The notes: generated from the sequence alone by a model not told the origin. Positions 1 through 10,188 are shown, counted from the first letter of the stretch. The stretch: DNA of 48,130 nt from Chthoniobacteraceae bacterium (GCA_031409335.1 JANNWY010000182.1:1-48130); one strand, 5' to 3'. A program made the numbers and translations.

Positions 1-2
1 AC

Positions 3-116
3 AACAACCGCCTGCGCGTTTACCTCGCCCGCCTGCGCCGCAAGACCCATTGCTACACCAAGAAACTCGCCAATCTCGCCGCCAGCATCCTCTTTTACCT
101 GCTCACAAAATCATAA
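3..116 (+). mobile_element. C-terminal end of IS1-family transposase (InsB-like), partial at window edge
   Basis: Frame from nt 3 reads NNRLRVYLARLRRKTHCYTKKLANLAASILFYLLTKS*, matching the N-x2-LR-x2-LARL-x-RKT-x-C motif of IS1 transposase C-termini. Confidence 0.8.
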
Positions 117-137
117 TCAATACCTACTGAGCAATCC
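117..137. repeat. Putative right terminal inverted repeat of the IS1-like element
   Basis: Follows the transposase stop; reverse complement begins GGATTGCTCAGTAGG (IS1-family ends begin GG); partner end is outside the window. Confidence 0.4.
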
Positions 138-428
138 CCGATTTCGGGCCCGATCATCACGGTCGTGGCGCGCACTGGCACCCAGGCTCCGTCGGAAAAC
201 GCCGGGATCAATTTTCGCGAATTCAGCGGCTTCTGGGGATTGTTCGCAAACTCTGCGGGTGAATTTGGATTGGAGCGATTTCTCTCGGTCGGAGTTGGCG
301 GGGTGACTGCCGCGAGCGATGTCGGCCTTTGGGTGAATGATGCATCGTTGGCGTGCGATGCACGTCTTGCTGGAGCCTTCATCTTTACTGAATGGGCAAG
401 TGGTATGACGGGAAGCTGGACGTTTTGA
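138..428 (+). pseudogene. Fragment of an NxxGxxAF-repeat-like secreted protein, probably disrupted by the IS
   Basis: ITVVARTGTQAP...INFREF...FANSAGEFG...GVTAASDVGLW resembles one unit of PVC NxxGxxAF repeats; no proper N-terminus; abuts the IS end. Confidence 0.45.
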
Positions 429-586
429 TCCGGCTCGGGTTCGGGGGATTTGCAGCCGTTGCAGCCGTTCACGAATTTGGAGAAGAGCGACGGTGGCCAG
501 TTGGTTTTCGGTGGACGGCTCTATGACGACACGCGCGGATGTGGTGTAACGCTGGCGATATTACCGCGGCGCCTACACGCTGTTTC

Positions 587-1279
587 TTAACCGCGGCGTC
601 TGCGCATCAGGAGCAGGGCTCCGGCTGAGATGGCGAGCAGCATGCCTGAGGGCTCGGGCACGGGGACGACGACGGAGACGACGGAGGCCGCGTCGAGTTG
701 CAAACTCGCGGCGGAACTCACCGTGGTGTCGTCGAGGTGCAGGCGGGAGGTGTTTCCCGTGGCGGTAAATTGAAAGACGATTTGGGCGAGGTTGCCGACG
801 GTCCCGGTGCCAGCGGCATTCCCGGAGTCGATGAAACTCAGGGCGGGGCCGGAAGGCACGCCGCTGGTGATGTCGAAAATCGACGCGCGCACGCTGACGT
901 TTTCAGTGGGAGTCGGGTCATTGTTTCCGCGACCAAAGAAGAAGGCGACATCGTAGGTCTGGCCTGGGATGGTCGCGAAGTCCTGCCAAAGATCGCCGAC
1001 GCCTTTGGTGGTGCCGAATCCGCCGATATTCAAGAGATGGCTACCATCCGCGGGATTCGGTTCATTGCTGCCGGGAGCGAGAAAGACGGTGTAGGCACTA
1101 CTGGAAGAGGTCGTTTGCAAACTCCAGTGGGAGATGGCGGAACTATTGACTGTCGTAATGCCTAAAACGGTGGTCGGGCCGTCGTCCTCGAAGCTACCGT
1201 TTAGGAGGAGGTTTTGACCCAATGCAACCGAGGTCGTGAAAAGGGAGGCGGCGAAGGTGAGAGCTTTGAGGTTAGGCAT
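587..1279 (-). CDS. PEP-CTERM exosortase-target protein with DUF642-like carbohydrate-binding domain
   Basis: Signal peptide, NLLLNGSFE, QDFATIPGQTYDVAF, FTATGNTSRLHL; C-terminal VPEPS + hydrophobic helix + RRRR. Confidence 0.88.
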   Translation of the reverse strand: MPNLKALTFAASLFTTSVALGQNLLLNGSFEDDGPTTVLGITTVNSSAISHWSLQTTSSSSAYTVFLAPGSNEPNPADGSHLLNIGGFGTTKGVGDLWQDFATIPGQTYDVAFFFGRGNNDPTPTENVSVRASIFDITSGVPSGPALSFIDSGNAAGTGTVGNLAQIVFQFTATGNTSRLHLDDTTVSSAASLQLDAASVVSVVVPVPEPSGMLLAISAGALLLMRRRRG

Positions 1280-1621
1280 ACGCTGATAGGTTGGATTTCT
1301 TTGTTGGTTGGACTACCTCGGCGTTTGTCGCCGTGACGATCGTGGGAATAGCAGGCGATGGGCCTCGCTTTTGGAAAAACGCTTTCTACAAAGAGTTCGT
1401 AGTGACTCATCGGCAGGGTTCGGTCGGTGGTGATCCACGTTGCCTGGCGATTTCGGGCTTTCCGCCGCCGTGCGGTTTGGCTCACGCTTGCGAATGCTTC
1501 GCTTTGTTTATTTCACGGTCACCGTGCGCGACCGGTTGAATCCACTGGGCACTTCGCGCGGGGAAGGGTCGCCGCTGGAGGCGCTCTGCAAGTCGGCGCG
1601 GCCGGGTTATCTAATTTGGCG

Positions 1622-2179
1622 ATGAAGCTCGGATTGTATGGCGGCAGTTTCGACCCGATTCATCTCGGGCATCTCATCCTCGCCCGGGAAGCGCGCGAGC
1701 GGCTCCGGCTGGATCGCGTCCTTTTCATCCCGGCGGCGCATTCTCCGCACAAACTCGGCACGGTGCCGACGCCCGGCAAGGTGCGGCGCGAGATGCTGGC
1801 GGCGGCGCTGGCGGATGAAGCGGGGTTTTCGCTGGAGGAATGCGATCTGCACCGCGCCGGGCCGAGCTTTGCGATCGAGACGGTGCGCGAGCTGCGCGGG
1901 CGCTGGCCGGACGCGGAGTTTTTTTACCTGATCGGGCATGACAACGTGGCGAAGCTGCCCACGTGGCATTGCTACGAGGAGCTGCGGCGGGCGGTGCAGT
2001 TCGTCGTGTTCGGGCGCGGTGAGCACGATGCGCCGCACGACTTTCCGACGATCGTCCGGCGCGTGGATGTTTCGGCGACGGAAGTGCGGACGCGGGTTGC
2101 GCGCGGCGAGTCCATCCGCTATCTGGTGCCGGACATGGTGCGGGAAATCATCTCGCGCCAGCAACTTTACCAGGAGTAA
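1622..2179 (+). CDS. nadD: Nicotinate-nucleotide adenylyltransferase
   Basis: GLYGGSFDPIHLGH, SPHK, SATEVR motifs; ATG at 1622. Confidence 0.95.
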   Translation: MKLGLYGGSFDPIHLGHLILAREARERLRLDRVLFIPAAHSPHKLGTVPTPGKVRREMLAAALADEAGFSLEECDLHRAGPSFAIETVRELRGRWPDAEFFYLIGHDNVAKLPTWHCYEELRRAVQFVVFGRGEHDAPHDFPTIVRRVDVSATEVRTRVARGESIRYLVPDMVREIISRQQLYQE

Positions 2180-2183
2180 CCCA

Positions 2184-2537
2184 ATCGACTCAGAACAACT
2201 CGTCCAGCTATGCGCCGAAATCCTCGCCGACAAAAAGGCCGAGGATATTGTGGCGCTCGATATGCGCCGTTTGGCCAGCTTCACGGATTTTTTCCTGATC
2301 TGCTCGGGGAACTCGGAGCCGCATCTGAAGGCGCTGGTGAGCGAACTCGAAGACCGGCTGCGCAAGGAGCACGAGGTTCGCCCGACGCGGATCGACGGCT
2401 TCCCGCTGAGCCAGTGGGTGGTGGCGGATTTCTCGGATGTGATCGTCCACGTTTTTCACCAGGAAAAGCGGGCCTATTACTCGCTCGAAGACCTGTGGGC
2501 CGACGCGCCGCGTCTCAGCCTTGCTACGCAAGTCTGA
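2184..2537 (+). CDS. rsfS: Ribosome silencing factor (Iojap family); probable ATC start
   Basis: DKKAEDIVALD, TDFFLICSG, WVVADFSDVIVHVF, YYSLEDLW; follows nadD as is typical. Confidence 0.92.
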   Translation: MDSEQLVQLCAEILADKKAEDIVALDMRRLASFTDFFLICSGNSEPHLKALVSELEDRLRKEHEVRPTRIDGFPLSQWVVADFSDVIVHVFHQEKRAYYSLEDLWADAPRLSLATQV

Positions 2538-2722
2538 TGAATCTGCTCGTCCAGACGGAAGTCGAATGTCCGCACTGCGGCGAGGGCTGGACGATGATGG
2601 TGGACACGTCGCAAGGCGACTACACTACGGTCGAGGACTGCACGGTGTGCTGCCGGCCGATTCAATTTACGTTTGGCTGCGAGCCGGGCGATGTAGTGGA
2701 AGTCAGAAGCGAACCCGGCTAA
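2537..2722 (+). CDS. CPXCG-motif cysteine-rich small protein
   Basis: CPHCGE...EDCTVCCRP; TGATG overlap with rsfS stop. Confidence 0.88.
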   Translation: MNLLVQTEVECPHCGEGWTMMVDTSQGDYTTVEDCTVCCRPIQFTFGCEPGDVVEVRSEPG

Positions 2723-2726
2723 AATC

Positions 2727-3560
2727 ATGCTCGAACTCCCTCAAAAACGCGCAGTGTTGCAACTCCTCGGTGACGACGATCCGGTGACGGTTGCGCTGGT
2801 GAAGGAACAATTGACGATCCGCGGCGAGGAGGAAATCGACGGGCTGCGCGACTTGCTGGCGTCCGCGGATTCGGCGCGGGCGGCGAAGCAGTTGCGCGAG
2901 ATCATCCGCGTGATCGAGGAGCGGAAGGCGGGCGATGCATTCGGCGAAATGTGCGCGAATTTCGGCGAGCATGGCGACATCGAGACGGCGGCGTGGGATT
3001 TGGCGCGGGCGTTTTTGCCGGGGGAGGATTTCGATGCGCAGCGCGAGTTGCTCGATGCGTGGGGACGCGAGGCGCTGACGCGGCTGTCGGCGACGGGACC
3101 GCGGAAGCTGTCGCGCGTGGCGGCGCTGGGGCAATTCCTCGGGCGCGATCTGCGGCTGCGGGGGAATGAAAACGAGTATTACCAATACACAAATTCGCTG
3201 CTGCCGAGCGTGATCGAGACGCGGCTGGGCATCCCGATTTCGCTCGCGCTGGTTTACATTTTGGTCGGGCGGCGCGCGGGGATCGCGATCGATGGCGTGG
3301 GGCTGCCGGGGCATTTTTTGGTGCGGCACGGCGAGGTGATTTTCGATCCATTCCACGGCGGCCGGCGCGTGAGTGTGGAGGAATGCGTGGCGCTTTTGGC
3401 GCAGCAAAACCTGGTGCTGACGCAGCAGCATTTGGAGCCGACGTCACCGCGGCAAATGCTCGGGCGGATGCTGACAAATCTGCGTTTCATCGCGACGAAC
3501 AGCGATCCGGCGCTGGCCGAGAAAATCTCGGGCTGGGAATCGCGGCTGCGGGGGGAATGA
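2727..3560 (+). CDS. SirB1/transglutaminase-like protein
   Basis: LRGNENEYY, NSLL..VIETRLGIPISL, GVGLPGHFL, DPF, RML.NL motifs. Confidence 0.88.
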   Translation: MLELPQKRAVLQLLGDDDPVTVALVKEQLTIRGEEEIDGLRDLLASADSARAAKQLREIIRVIEERKAGDAFGEMCANFGEHGDIETAAWDLARAFLPGEDFDAQRELLDAWGREALTRLSATGPRKLSRVAALGQFLGRDLRLRGNENEYYQYTNSLLPSVIETRLGIPISLALVYILVGRRAGIAIDGVGLPGHFLVRHGEVIFDPFHGGRRVSVEECVALLAQQNLVLTQQHLEPTSPRQMLGRMLTNLRFIATNSDPALAEKISGWESRLRGE

Positions 3561-3591
3561 GGGGATTTAGGATTTAGGAATTCTCAGACCT

Positions 3592-4818
3592 TTGATTGTT
3601 GAAGTTCTCAATACCGGCAGCGAGCTGCTGCTCGGGCAGGTTTTGAATACCCATCTGAAATTCATGGCGGAGGCGATGTTTCCGCTCGGCCTGCGCGTGG
3701 AACGGCAGGTGACGGTGCCGGATGGGGCGGCGATTCGTGAGGCATTGCTGGAGACTTCTGGGCGGGCGGATGTGGTCTTGATCACGGGCGGGCTAGGGCC
3801 GACGACGGATGACATCACGCGCGATGTGGTGGCGGATTTGCTCGGGCTGGAGATGGAGCACGATGCGGCGATCATGGCGGCGATTGCGTCGCGGTTTGCG
3901 CGGCGCGAGATGCGGATGAGTCCGCGGGTGGAATTGCAGGCGCTGCGACCGCGCGAGGCGACGGTGCTGGCGAACGAATTTGGGACGGCGCCGGGGCTTT
4001 ATTTTCCGGCGAATTGCGGGGGAAAACCGTCGCCGCATTTTTTTCTGCTGCCGGGTCCGCCGCGTGAGTTGCATCCGATGTTTCGCGAAAAGGTGCTGCC
4101 GATTCTGCAAGACATCGCGCCGGTTTCCGCGTTTGGGATGCGCATTTACCGGATCGGCGGGCTGGGGGAATCGCTGGTTGAGGAACGCGTGGGCGGGGAG
4201 CTTTTGGCACTGGGCATTGAGCTGGGCTACTGCGCGCGGCCCGGCGAGGTGGATGTGCGGACGATCGGTGCGCCGGAATTGCTGGATCGCGCGGAGGCGA
4301 TCATCCGCGAGCGGCTGGGCGGGCACATCGTTTCGCAGGATGAGCGGTCGCTCGGGAAAGTGATCGTGGATTTGCTGGCGGAACGCGGCGCGACGGTCGC
4401 GACCGCGGAGTCCTGCACGGGCGGTTTTCTCGCAAATGAACTGACAAATGTGCCGGGTGCGTCGGCGGTTTTTTTGGAGGGATTCATCACCTATGCGAAT
4501 GAGGCGAAAGTGCGCGCGCTCGGGGTGGATGCGGGCTTGATCGCGGCGCACGGGGCGGTGAGCCGGGAGGTGGCGGCGGCGATGGCGGAAGGAGCGCGAA
4601 ATCGGGCGGGTGTGGACTATGCGCTGGCGACGACGGGGGTCGCGGGGCCGGGCGGCGGGACGGAGGAAAAGCCGCTGGGCACGGTCTTCATCGCGCTCGC
4701 GGCGAAGGGGCGCGAGACGCAGGTGGAGCGGTTTCGCTTTGCGACGGATCGCGAGACTTTCAAAGGCCTGACGGCGCGGACTGCGCTCGATCTTCTGCGG
4801 CGGATGCTGCTGGCGTGA
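3592..4818 (+). CDS. cinA: Competence/damage-inducible protein A (MoCF-binding + NMN deamidase)
   Basis: GSELLLGQVLNT, TGGLGPTTDDITR, LPGPPRE, AESCTGG, TGVAGPGGGT. Confidence 0.93.
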   Translation: MIVEVLNTGSELLLGQVLNTHLKFMAEAMFPLGLRVERQVTVPDGAAIREALLETSGRADVVLITGGLGPTTDDITRDVVADLLGLEMEHDAAIMAAIASRFARREMRMSPRVELQALRPREATVLANEFGTAPGLYFPANCGGKPSPHFFLLPGPPRELHPMFREKVLPILQDIAPVSAFGMRIYRIGGLGESLVEERVGGELLALGIELGYCARPGEVDVRTIGAPELLDRAEAIIRERLGGHIVSQDERSLGKVIVDLLAERGATVATAESCTGGFLANELTNVPGASAVFLEGFITYANEAKVRALGVDAGLIAAHGAVSREVAAAMAEGARNRAGVDYALATTGVAGPGGGTEEKPLGTVFIALAAKGRETQVERFRFATDRETFKGLTARTALDLLRRMLLA

Positions 4819-4821
4819 CGC

Positions 4822-5442
4822 TCAGCTCTCGACGCGCACGCGGGTGCCGACTTTCACCTTCTCGTAAATGAGCGGGGCGATGTCTTCCGGCAGGCGGATG
4901 CAGCCGTGCGACGCGGGGTAGCCGGGGAGGATGCCGATGTGGAAGCCGACGCCAGAACCGGTGAGACGGCAAAAGTATTTCATCGGCGCGCCGACGTAGC
5001 GGGTGCCGCTGGGCGCGGAGTCAATCTTGGTGCTGACGCCGCTGCGGACGACGCGACCCCTGCGATCGACAAAGCTGCCGTAAATGCTGGAGCGATGGTC
5101 GGCGTGCTTCTGCATGATGTTGAAATTGCCGGTGGGCGTGGAGTGCCCCCTTTTTCCCGAGGAGATCGGCGAGTCGATATAGACCTGATCGGCAGTCATG
5201 AGATAGAGCCGCTGTTTTGAGAGCGAGATGACGGCGTATGAGTTTTCTGAATTGATGGCGCTGGCGAGATCCTTGTTCACGACGGGCTTTGGCTGCCGCC
5301 CGATGAGGCTCGCCGGTTTCTTCATCCTTTTGCCGTCCATCGGACGCGGCCCGCCTGCCTGCGCGAGGGCATTCCCCGAGAGGGCGCAAAGCCAGCAGAC
5401 CAGTGCCGCCGCAAGGATTCGGTGGATGCAAAAATTCTTCAT
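4822..5442 (-). CDS. L,D-transpeptidase (YkuD family), exported
   Basis: Signal peptide, SPISSGK, TPTG, H..LPGYPASHGCIRL catalytic motif. Confidence 0.9.
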   Translation of the reverse strand: MKNFCIHRILAAALVCWLCALSGNALAQAGGPRPMDGKRMKKPASLIGRQPKPVVNKDLASAINSENSYAVISLSKQRLYLMTADQVYIDSPISSGKRGHSTPTGNFNIMQKHADHRSSIYGSFVDRRGRVVRSGVSTKIDSAPSGTRYVGAPMKYFCRLTGSGVGFHIGILPGYPASHGCIRLPEDIAPLIYEKVKVGTRVRVES

Positions 5443-5494
5443 GTGCGAAAAGACGGTAGTTTCATATCGACCCCGATCCTGAGCGGCAACCAAT

Positions 5495-7342
5495 TTGTCG
5501 AAAGGTCGCTGCGGTGTGGATTGTCAAGGCGCTGAGCGTGGGCTACATCGCAACACTCGTTCCAGATTTGTGGAAAAATTCCGTTCGTTTCACGCCCGCT
5601 TGTGGCCGGTTATCGTCGTTTTTGTGGTGCTAAATCTCTGCACGGAGATGCTGGCGGCGCCGAAAGCGGCCGTGCAGCCCGCTCCGCCGCAGCCGATGGC
5701 GCAAAAGGCGACGGTGAAACGCGGCGCCAGCGTGGAGATTCCGCTGAAAATCTACGGGACGCGCGCGCAGACACTTTCGTGGATCATTCGCCAGCAGCCG
5801 GTGAGTGGAAAACTTTCGGGTATCCGGGCGACGGCGGCTGAGGCGGCGGCGGTGACGTATCGGCCGCCAGCGGATGTGCGGGTGGTGTCGGATCGTTTTA
5901 CGTTCAGCGTGCGCAGCAGCGAAGGAGTTTCCGCGCCGGGGGAGGTGACGATCACGATCACGGATGATCCGCCGCAAATCGGGTCACCGGCGGAGCTGGA
6001 CTTCGGCGTGATCCTTGTAAGTGCGAGCGCGGCGAGGACGCTGGAATTTTCCAATATCGGCGGCGGCATCGCGGAAGGAACGATCGAAGTGGGTGCGCCG
6101 TGGAAGGTGGAAGGTGCGCGGCGTTACAAATTGCAGGCCGGGGAAAAGCTGGCGACGAAGATCGGGTTCGCGCCGGAGCGCGCGGGGAGATTTGAGAGCG
6201 AGGTGAAGTTCACGTCGCAGCCGGATCGCGCAGTGATCCTGCGCGGGGTCGCGGAGGATGCGCTCGCGGTGAATCCCCCGGAACTGCTGCTGGCGCAGGA
6301 AACCGGGCGTCCGCTGCGGGCGGCGTTTTTCGAGATTCGCAACAATACGGACGGCGTACTCGATGTGGCGATCGCGGCCAGCCCGCGGCTGATTTTGAAA
6401 ACGCCGATTCATCTCGCGGCGCACGAAGTGGCGGTGGTGACGGTGCAAACGGCGGAGACCGATGTCGCGGCTTTGGAAGAGACGATCGTCTTGAGCGCGG
6501 GTGCGCTGACGAGGCGACTGCCCGTGAAGGCGAAGGCTCTTCCCGGATGGGTGCGGGCGAGCTTGGATCGTGTTATTTTCGAGAAGGGCGCGGGAGCGGA
6601 ACGCGTCATTTTCGTAAATCCGGGCGGGATGGATGCGAAGGTGACGCTGGCGATCGACGCGCCGTTTGCGCTGGAGGAGGCTGGGTTTGTGCTCGCGCCC
6701 GGGATGGAAAAGGCCGTCGCCATTTCACTCCCCTCGGCATCCGGGGGAGGGGCGCAGTCTGCTCTGAAAGTCGGCGTCGATGGCGGTGGTTTTGAGATTG
6801 CGGTTGCGTCGGTGGGTGTTGCGCAGGCGGGCAGTTCGCCGGTCGTGAAGCGGGCAAAAACGGTGATTCCGGTGCGGGTGAAAAAGGAAGAGGCGGAACT
6901 CGCGGAGCCACCGCCTGCGGAGATCGGAAATTATCCCGCGATGGTTGAGTCGGTATCAGCCAATTCGGCGACCTTTCGATGGAAGGGGGCGTCGTCCGAA
7001 GGTACCGATTTTCGCCTCCTCCGGCGAATCCTGAGCCTGGATGAAGCTGGCGAACTCGTGTCCACATTCGAGCCCTATCCGGCGTTCAAGATCGTCCAGC
7101 GCGGTGGCTCGCACCTGGCGACGGTGGACAAGCTCGAACCCGGAGAAGTCTATACATTCCGCGTGGACGCAGTGGCCGCGGGTGAAACTCAGACGGTCAC
7201 TTTCGCTCAAATCCACACGCCCGCAGCGCGCTCGCGGAAGAGTCGCTTTTCGTTGGTTCACGTCCTGTTCGCGCTGCTGGTGGTGACTGGTGGGATTTCA
7301 ATCTGGCATCGCGCCCGCTCGCGCTCGAAGAGCGGATTTTGA
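5495..7342 (+). CDS. Membrane-anchored multi-Ig-like/FN3-like surface protein (true start probably near 5569-5648)
   Basis: N-terminal hydrophobic segment; beta-rich repeats (LDFGVILV, FAPERAGRF, LEPGEVYTFRV); C-terminal TM + basic tail. Confidence 0.7.
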   Translation: MSKGRCGVDCQGAERGLHRNTRSRFVEKFRSFHARLWPVIVVFVVLNLCTEMLAAPKAAVQPAPPQPMAQKATVKRGASVEIPLKIYGTRAQTLSWIIRQQPVSGKLSGIRATAAEAAAVTYRPPADVRVVSDRFTFSVRSSEGVSAPGEVTITITDDPPQIGSPAELDFGVILVSASAARTLEFSNIGGGIAEGTIEVGAPWKVEGARRYKLQAGEKLATKIGFAPERAGRFESEVKFTSQPDRAVILRGVAEDALAVNPPELLLAQETGRPLRAAFFEIRNNTDGVLDVAIAASPRLILKTPIHLAAHEVAVVTVQTAETDVAALEETIVLSAGALTRRLPVKAKALPGWVRASLDRVIFEKGAGAERVIFVNPGGMDAKVTLAIDAPFALEEAGFVLAPGMEKAVAISLPSASGGGAQSALKVGVDGGGFEIAVASVGVAQAGSSPVVKRAKTVIPVRVKKEEAELAEPPPAEIGNYPAMVESVSANSATFRWKGASSEGTDFRLLRRILSLDEAGELVSTFEPYPAFKIVQRGGSHLATVDKLEPGEVYTFRVDAVAAGETQTVTFAQIHTPAARSRKSRFSLVHVLFALLVVTGGISIWHRARSRSKSGF

Positions 7343-7426
7343 ATCGTCTGAACCGCGAAGTTTGCGACATTTCTGAAATGTCCCTTGCGCCGCCTGTGCG
7401 TGCGTTCCTATTCTCGAAGCAATTTT

Positions 7427-8683
7427 ATGGCCACGACAACGACCGCCTTTGAAACGCCAGACACACTCGCAAAAGCCCAAGCCGGGCTCGAAAAATCCGG
7501 TTACGTAACGGATTTGCTGGGCGAAAAAATGGTGATCAACATGGGGCCGAGTCACCCGGCCACGCACGGTGTGCTGCGTCTGGTTTTGGAAATGGACGGC
7601 GAGATCATCACCAAGGCGACGCCCGACATCGGCTATCTGCATCGCGGCGACGAAAAGATCGCCGAGAACATGCACTACAACCAGTTCATCCCGTACACGG
7701 ACCGGCTGGATTACCTCGCGCCGCTCGCAAACAACGTCGCGTATGCGCTGGCCGTCGAGAAACTGATGGGGTGGACGTTGCCCCCGCGCGGGCAAGCAAT
7801 CCGCGTCCTCTGTTGTGAACTCGCCCGCATTAGTTCGCACCTGCTCGGCGTTGGCTGTTTCGCGATGGATTGTGGCGCGATGACGATCTTTCTCTACACC
7901 TTTACCGAGCGCGAGAAGATCTACAACCTCATCGAAATGCTCACTGGCGCGCGTTTCACCACGAGCTACACCCGCATTGGGGGAATGACCCGCGATTTGC
8001 CAGACGGCTTCACCAGCCAGCTTCGCGCCTTTATCGATCAACTCCCGGCCGCGATCGACGAGGTGGACGCCCTGATCTCGCGGAACCGCATCTTTGTCGA
8101 TCGCACGGAGGACATCGGGGCGATCACCAAGGAACAAGCCATCTCCTTTGGCCTCAGCGGCCCGAATCTTCGCGGTTGCGGCATTGATCACGATCTCCGC
8201 AAGAAACAGCCGTATCTCGGCTACGAGCAATATGATTTCGATGTGCCGATCGGCTCAAAGGGCGATTCTTACGATCGTTACTTCGTGCGGATGGAGGAAA
8301 TGCGGCAGTCAATGCGCATTCTGCATCAAGTGCTCGACACCCTGCCTGGCGGCCCGATCCACGTTCAGGATGCGAAGAACTACCCGCCGCCAAAGACAAC
8401 CGTGCTGACGAAGATGGAAGAGTTGATCCACCACTTTATCGTCCACACCGAAGGGATCGATGCTCCGCCCGGCGAAGTGTATTTCGGCGCGGAGAACCCC
8501 AAGGGTGAACTCGGCTTCTACATCCATTCGAAGGGCGGCGGGACACCCCACCGGATGAAAATTCGGGCTCCGAGCTTTGTGAATCTCAGTATTCTCAGCG
8601 CAATCCTTCCCGGTCACATGATGAGCGATGTGGTCGCCATTCTCGGATCGCTGGATTTTGTAATGGGCGAATGTGATCGCTAA
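7427..8683 (+). CDS. nuoD: NADH-quinone oxidoreductase subunit D
   Basis: NMGPSHPATHGVLRL, IGYLHRG.EK, DRLDY, GELG, C-terminal DFVMGECDR. Confidence 0.96.
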   Translation: MATTTTAFETPDTLAKAQAGLEKSGYVTDLLGEKMVINMGPSHPATHGVLRLVLEMDGEIITKATPDIGYLHRGDEKIAENMHYNQFIPYTDRLDYLAPLANNVAYALAVEKLMGWTLPPRGQAIRVLCCELARISSHLLGVGCFAMDCGAMTIFLYTFTEREKIYNLIEMLTGARFTTSYTRIGGMTRDLPDGFTSQLRAFIDQLPAAIDEVDALISRNRIFVDRTEDIGAITKEQAISFGLSGPNLRGCGIDHDLRKKQPYLGYEQYDFDVPIGSKGDSYDRYFVRMEEMRQSMRILHQVLDTLPGGPIHVQDAKNYPPPKTTVLTKMEELIHHFIVHTEGIDAPPGEVYFGAENPKGELGFYIHSKGGGTPHRMKIRAPSFVNLSILSAILPGHMMSDVVAILGSLDFVMGECDR

Positions 8684-9158
8684 CTGGGGGCGGTTGGCGG
8701 CAATTGTTCAGCGATTGTTAGCGCTTTTTGGCAAAAGCACAGTGGGTGCCAGGCCCGTATTTCGGCCAAAGCAGGGCGGGTGCCGCGGGTCACTTGAGCG
8801 CAACTGCAATGACAGACTCGCATCTCCTATATCATTGATCCAGAGGATATTAACACAGGTAAATTAGGTTGCTTTATTCTGACTTCCAGCGCCGATTCTC
8901 AAAAACTCGGAATCAAACCGTGCCATGCGGAAAAATTACTCGTTTTTTTTGTGGACAAATGGCGAAAAATTTGGTCGTATTCAGGGAATTCAGACCTCCT
9001 CGCCACGCCACCCGCAACCGCTAGGATGTTCTCACCGAAGTTCCAAACCCCGAAACAATCCAGATTAAGCAAATCAAAACGCGCCTAAATTCCCTCCGCT
9101 TCTGCTGATGGTCCGGTGCATTCCAGTAATAAAAGTCCACTCCTTAAACTACAAAAAC

Positions 9159-9902
9159 ATGAATAAACCAAAAGCTATCACAGTAACTGCCAAGGCCATC
9201 GCTCTCGTTGGCGCGTTTTCACTGGTTGCCGCTTCCTCGCAAGCAGCCTTCGTCGGGTTGCCAAACCCGACTCCTGAAGTTCCAGGGGCTCTTCTCGGTG
9301 GACTCACTGCCACTGGTGGAGGCACCATCCTTACGTCTCTGTCCGAGCCTTTCAGTAATGCCTTTAATACCGGCACTTTTAATACGTGGGTCGTTGATCG
9401 CGATCCCGGTGCTGGAGTTCTGCTCGATTTTTACTATCAAGTTGTCAATACGACTGCAGTTCCTCCGCCAACCCCGGACGCCCAAGTTTGGCGGGTGAAG
9501 ACCATAGGTGGATTCACCAGTGTCGATAATATCGATCCTGTTTTTGTTGCGCAGACAGACGTTAGTCCTCTGGGTGGTCCGGCGATTGTTGGTTTGAAGC
9601 CAGCAAGAACTGCGGATCGTGGTGAGGGTAGTCCCGGGAGCGTGGGATTTGAGTTTCCTGTGGCACCTGGATTTACTGGAGATCCTCTAAATGTTGCGCC
9701 AGGCCAATCGAGCACATTTATGGTGGTTCGCACCAATAGCAGCAGCTTCGAAGCAGTTGCTGCGGCAATTAGTAGTGGTGACACCAGTCTCGTTCGTTCA
9801 TTTGCCGCCGTGCCTGAGCCGAGCTCAGTTCTTTTCGGCTTGGCGATGTTTGGTGTAGCCCTCACAAACCGTGCTAGGGGACGTGCAATCAAAGCCGTTT
9901 AA
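9159..9902 (+). CDS. PEP-CTERM protein
   Basis: Signal peptide, LDFYYQVVN, C-terminal AVPEPSS + TM + basic tail. Confidence 0.88.
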   Translation: MNKPKAITVTAKAIALVGAFSLVAASSQAAFVGLPNPTPEVPGALLGGLTATGGGTILTSLSEPFSNAFNTGTFNTWVVDRDPGAGVLLDFYYQVVNTTAVPPPTPDAQVWRVKTIGGFTSVDNIDPVFVAQTDVSPLGGPAIVGLKPARTADRGEGSPGSVGFEFPVAPGFTGDPLNVAPGQSSTFMVVRTNSSSFEAVAAAISSGDTSLVRSFAAVPEPSSVLFGLAMFGVALTNRARGRAIKAV

Positions 9903-9926
9903 CGCAAACCGAAGCCCTAACAAAAT

Positions 9927-10130
9927 ATGAAAACATCCAAATCACTCATGAAGTTTGCACTCGCCGGAATTATTGGCATGGGTGCAGTTGTTGCCTCCGC
10001 GATGGCGCAAGGTGATGATTTGATTACGATCTGCTTCCGCAATCGAACTGTGCAAGTTCCAACGTATCTGCTCCCGCGTTACCTCGCAGTAGCAGGTACG
10101 ACTCCCGGTGCTTGCGTAGTTACCCCGTAA
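9927..10130 (+). CDS. Small secreted two-Cys protein (67 aa)
   Basis: Clear signal peptide ending AMA-Q; mature ITIC...GAC; followed by a terminator. Confidence 0.75.
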   Translation: MKTSKSLMKFALAGIIGMGAVVASAMAQGDDLITICFRNRTVQVPTYLLPRYLAVAGTTPGACVVTP

Positions 10131-10156
10131 GGGACGAAATAGCATCACATTTGTAT

Positions 10157-10188
10157 GGCCCCATGGCGTTTTCGCCATGGGGCCTTTT
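10157..10188 (+). terminator. Rho-independent terminator
   Basis: GGCCCCATGGCG-TTTT-CGCCATGGGGCC perfect 12-bp stem followed by TTTT. Confidence 0.85.

Noticed and set aside
8684..9158. Sigma54 promoter or sRNA upstream of the PEP-CTERM gene
   Set aside because: TGGCAC-like hits have the wrong orientation or lack a correctly spaced TTGC; no convincing RNA structure
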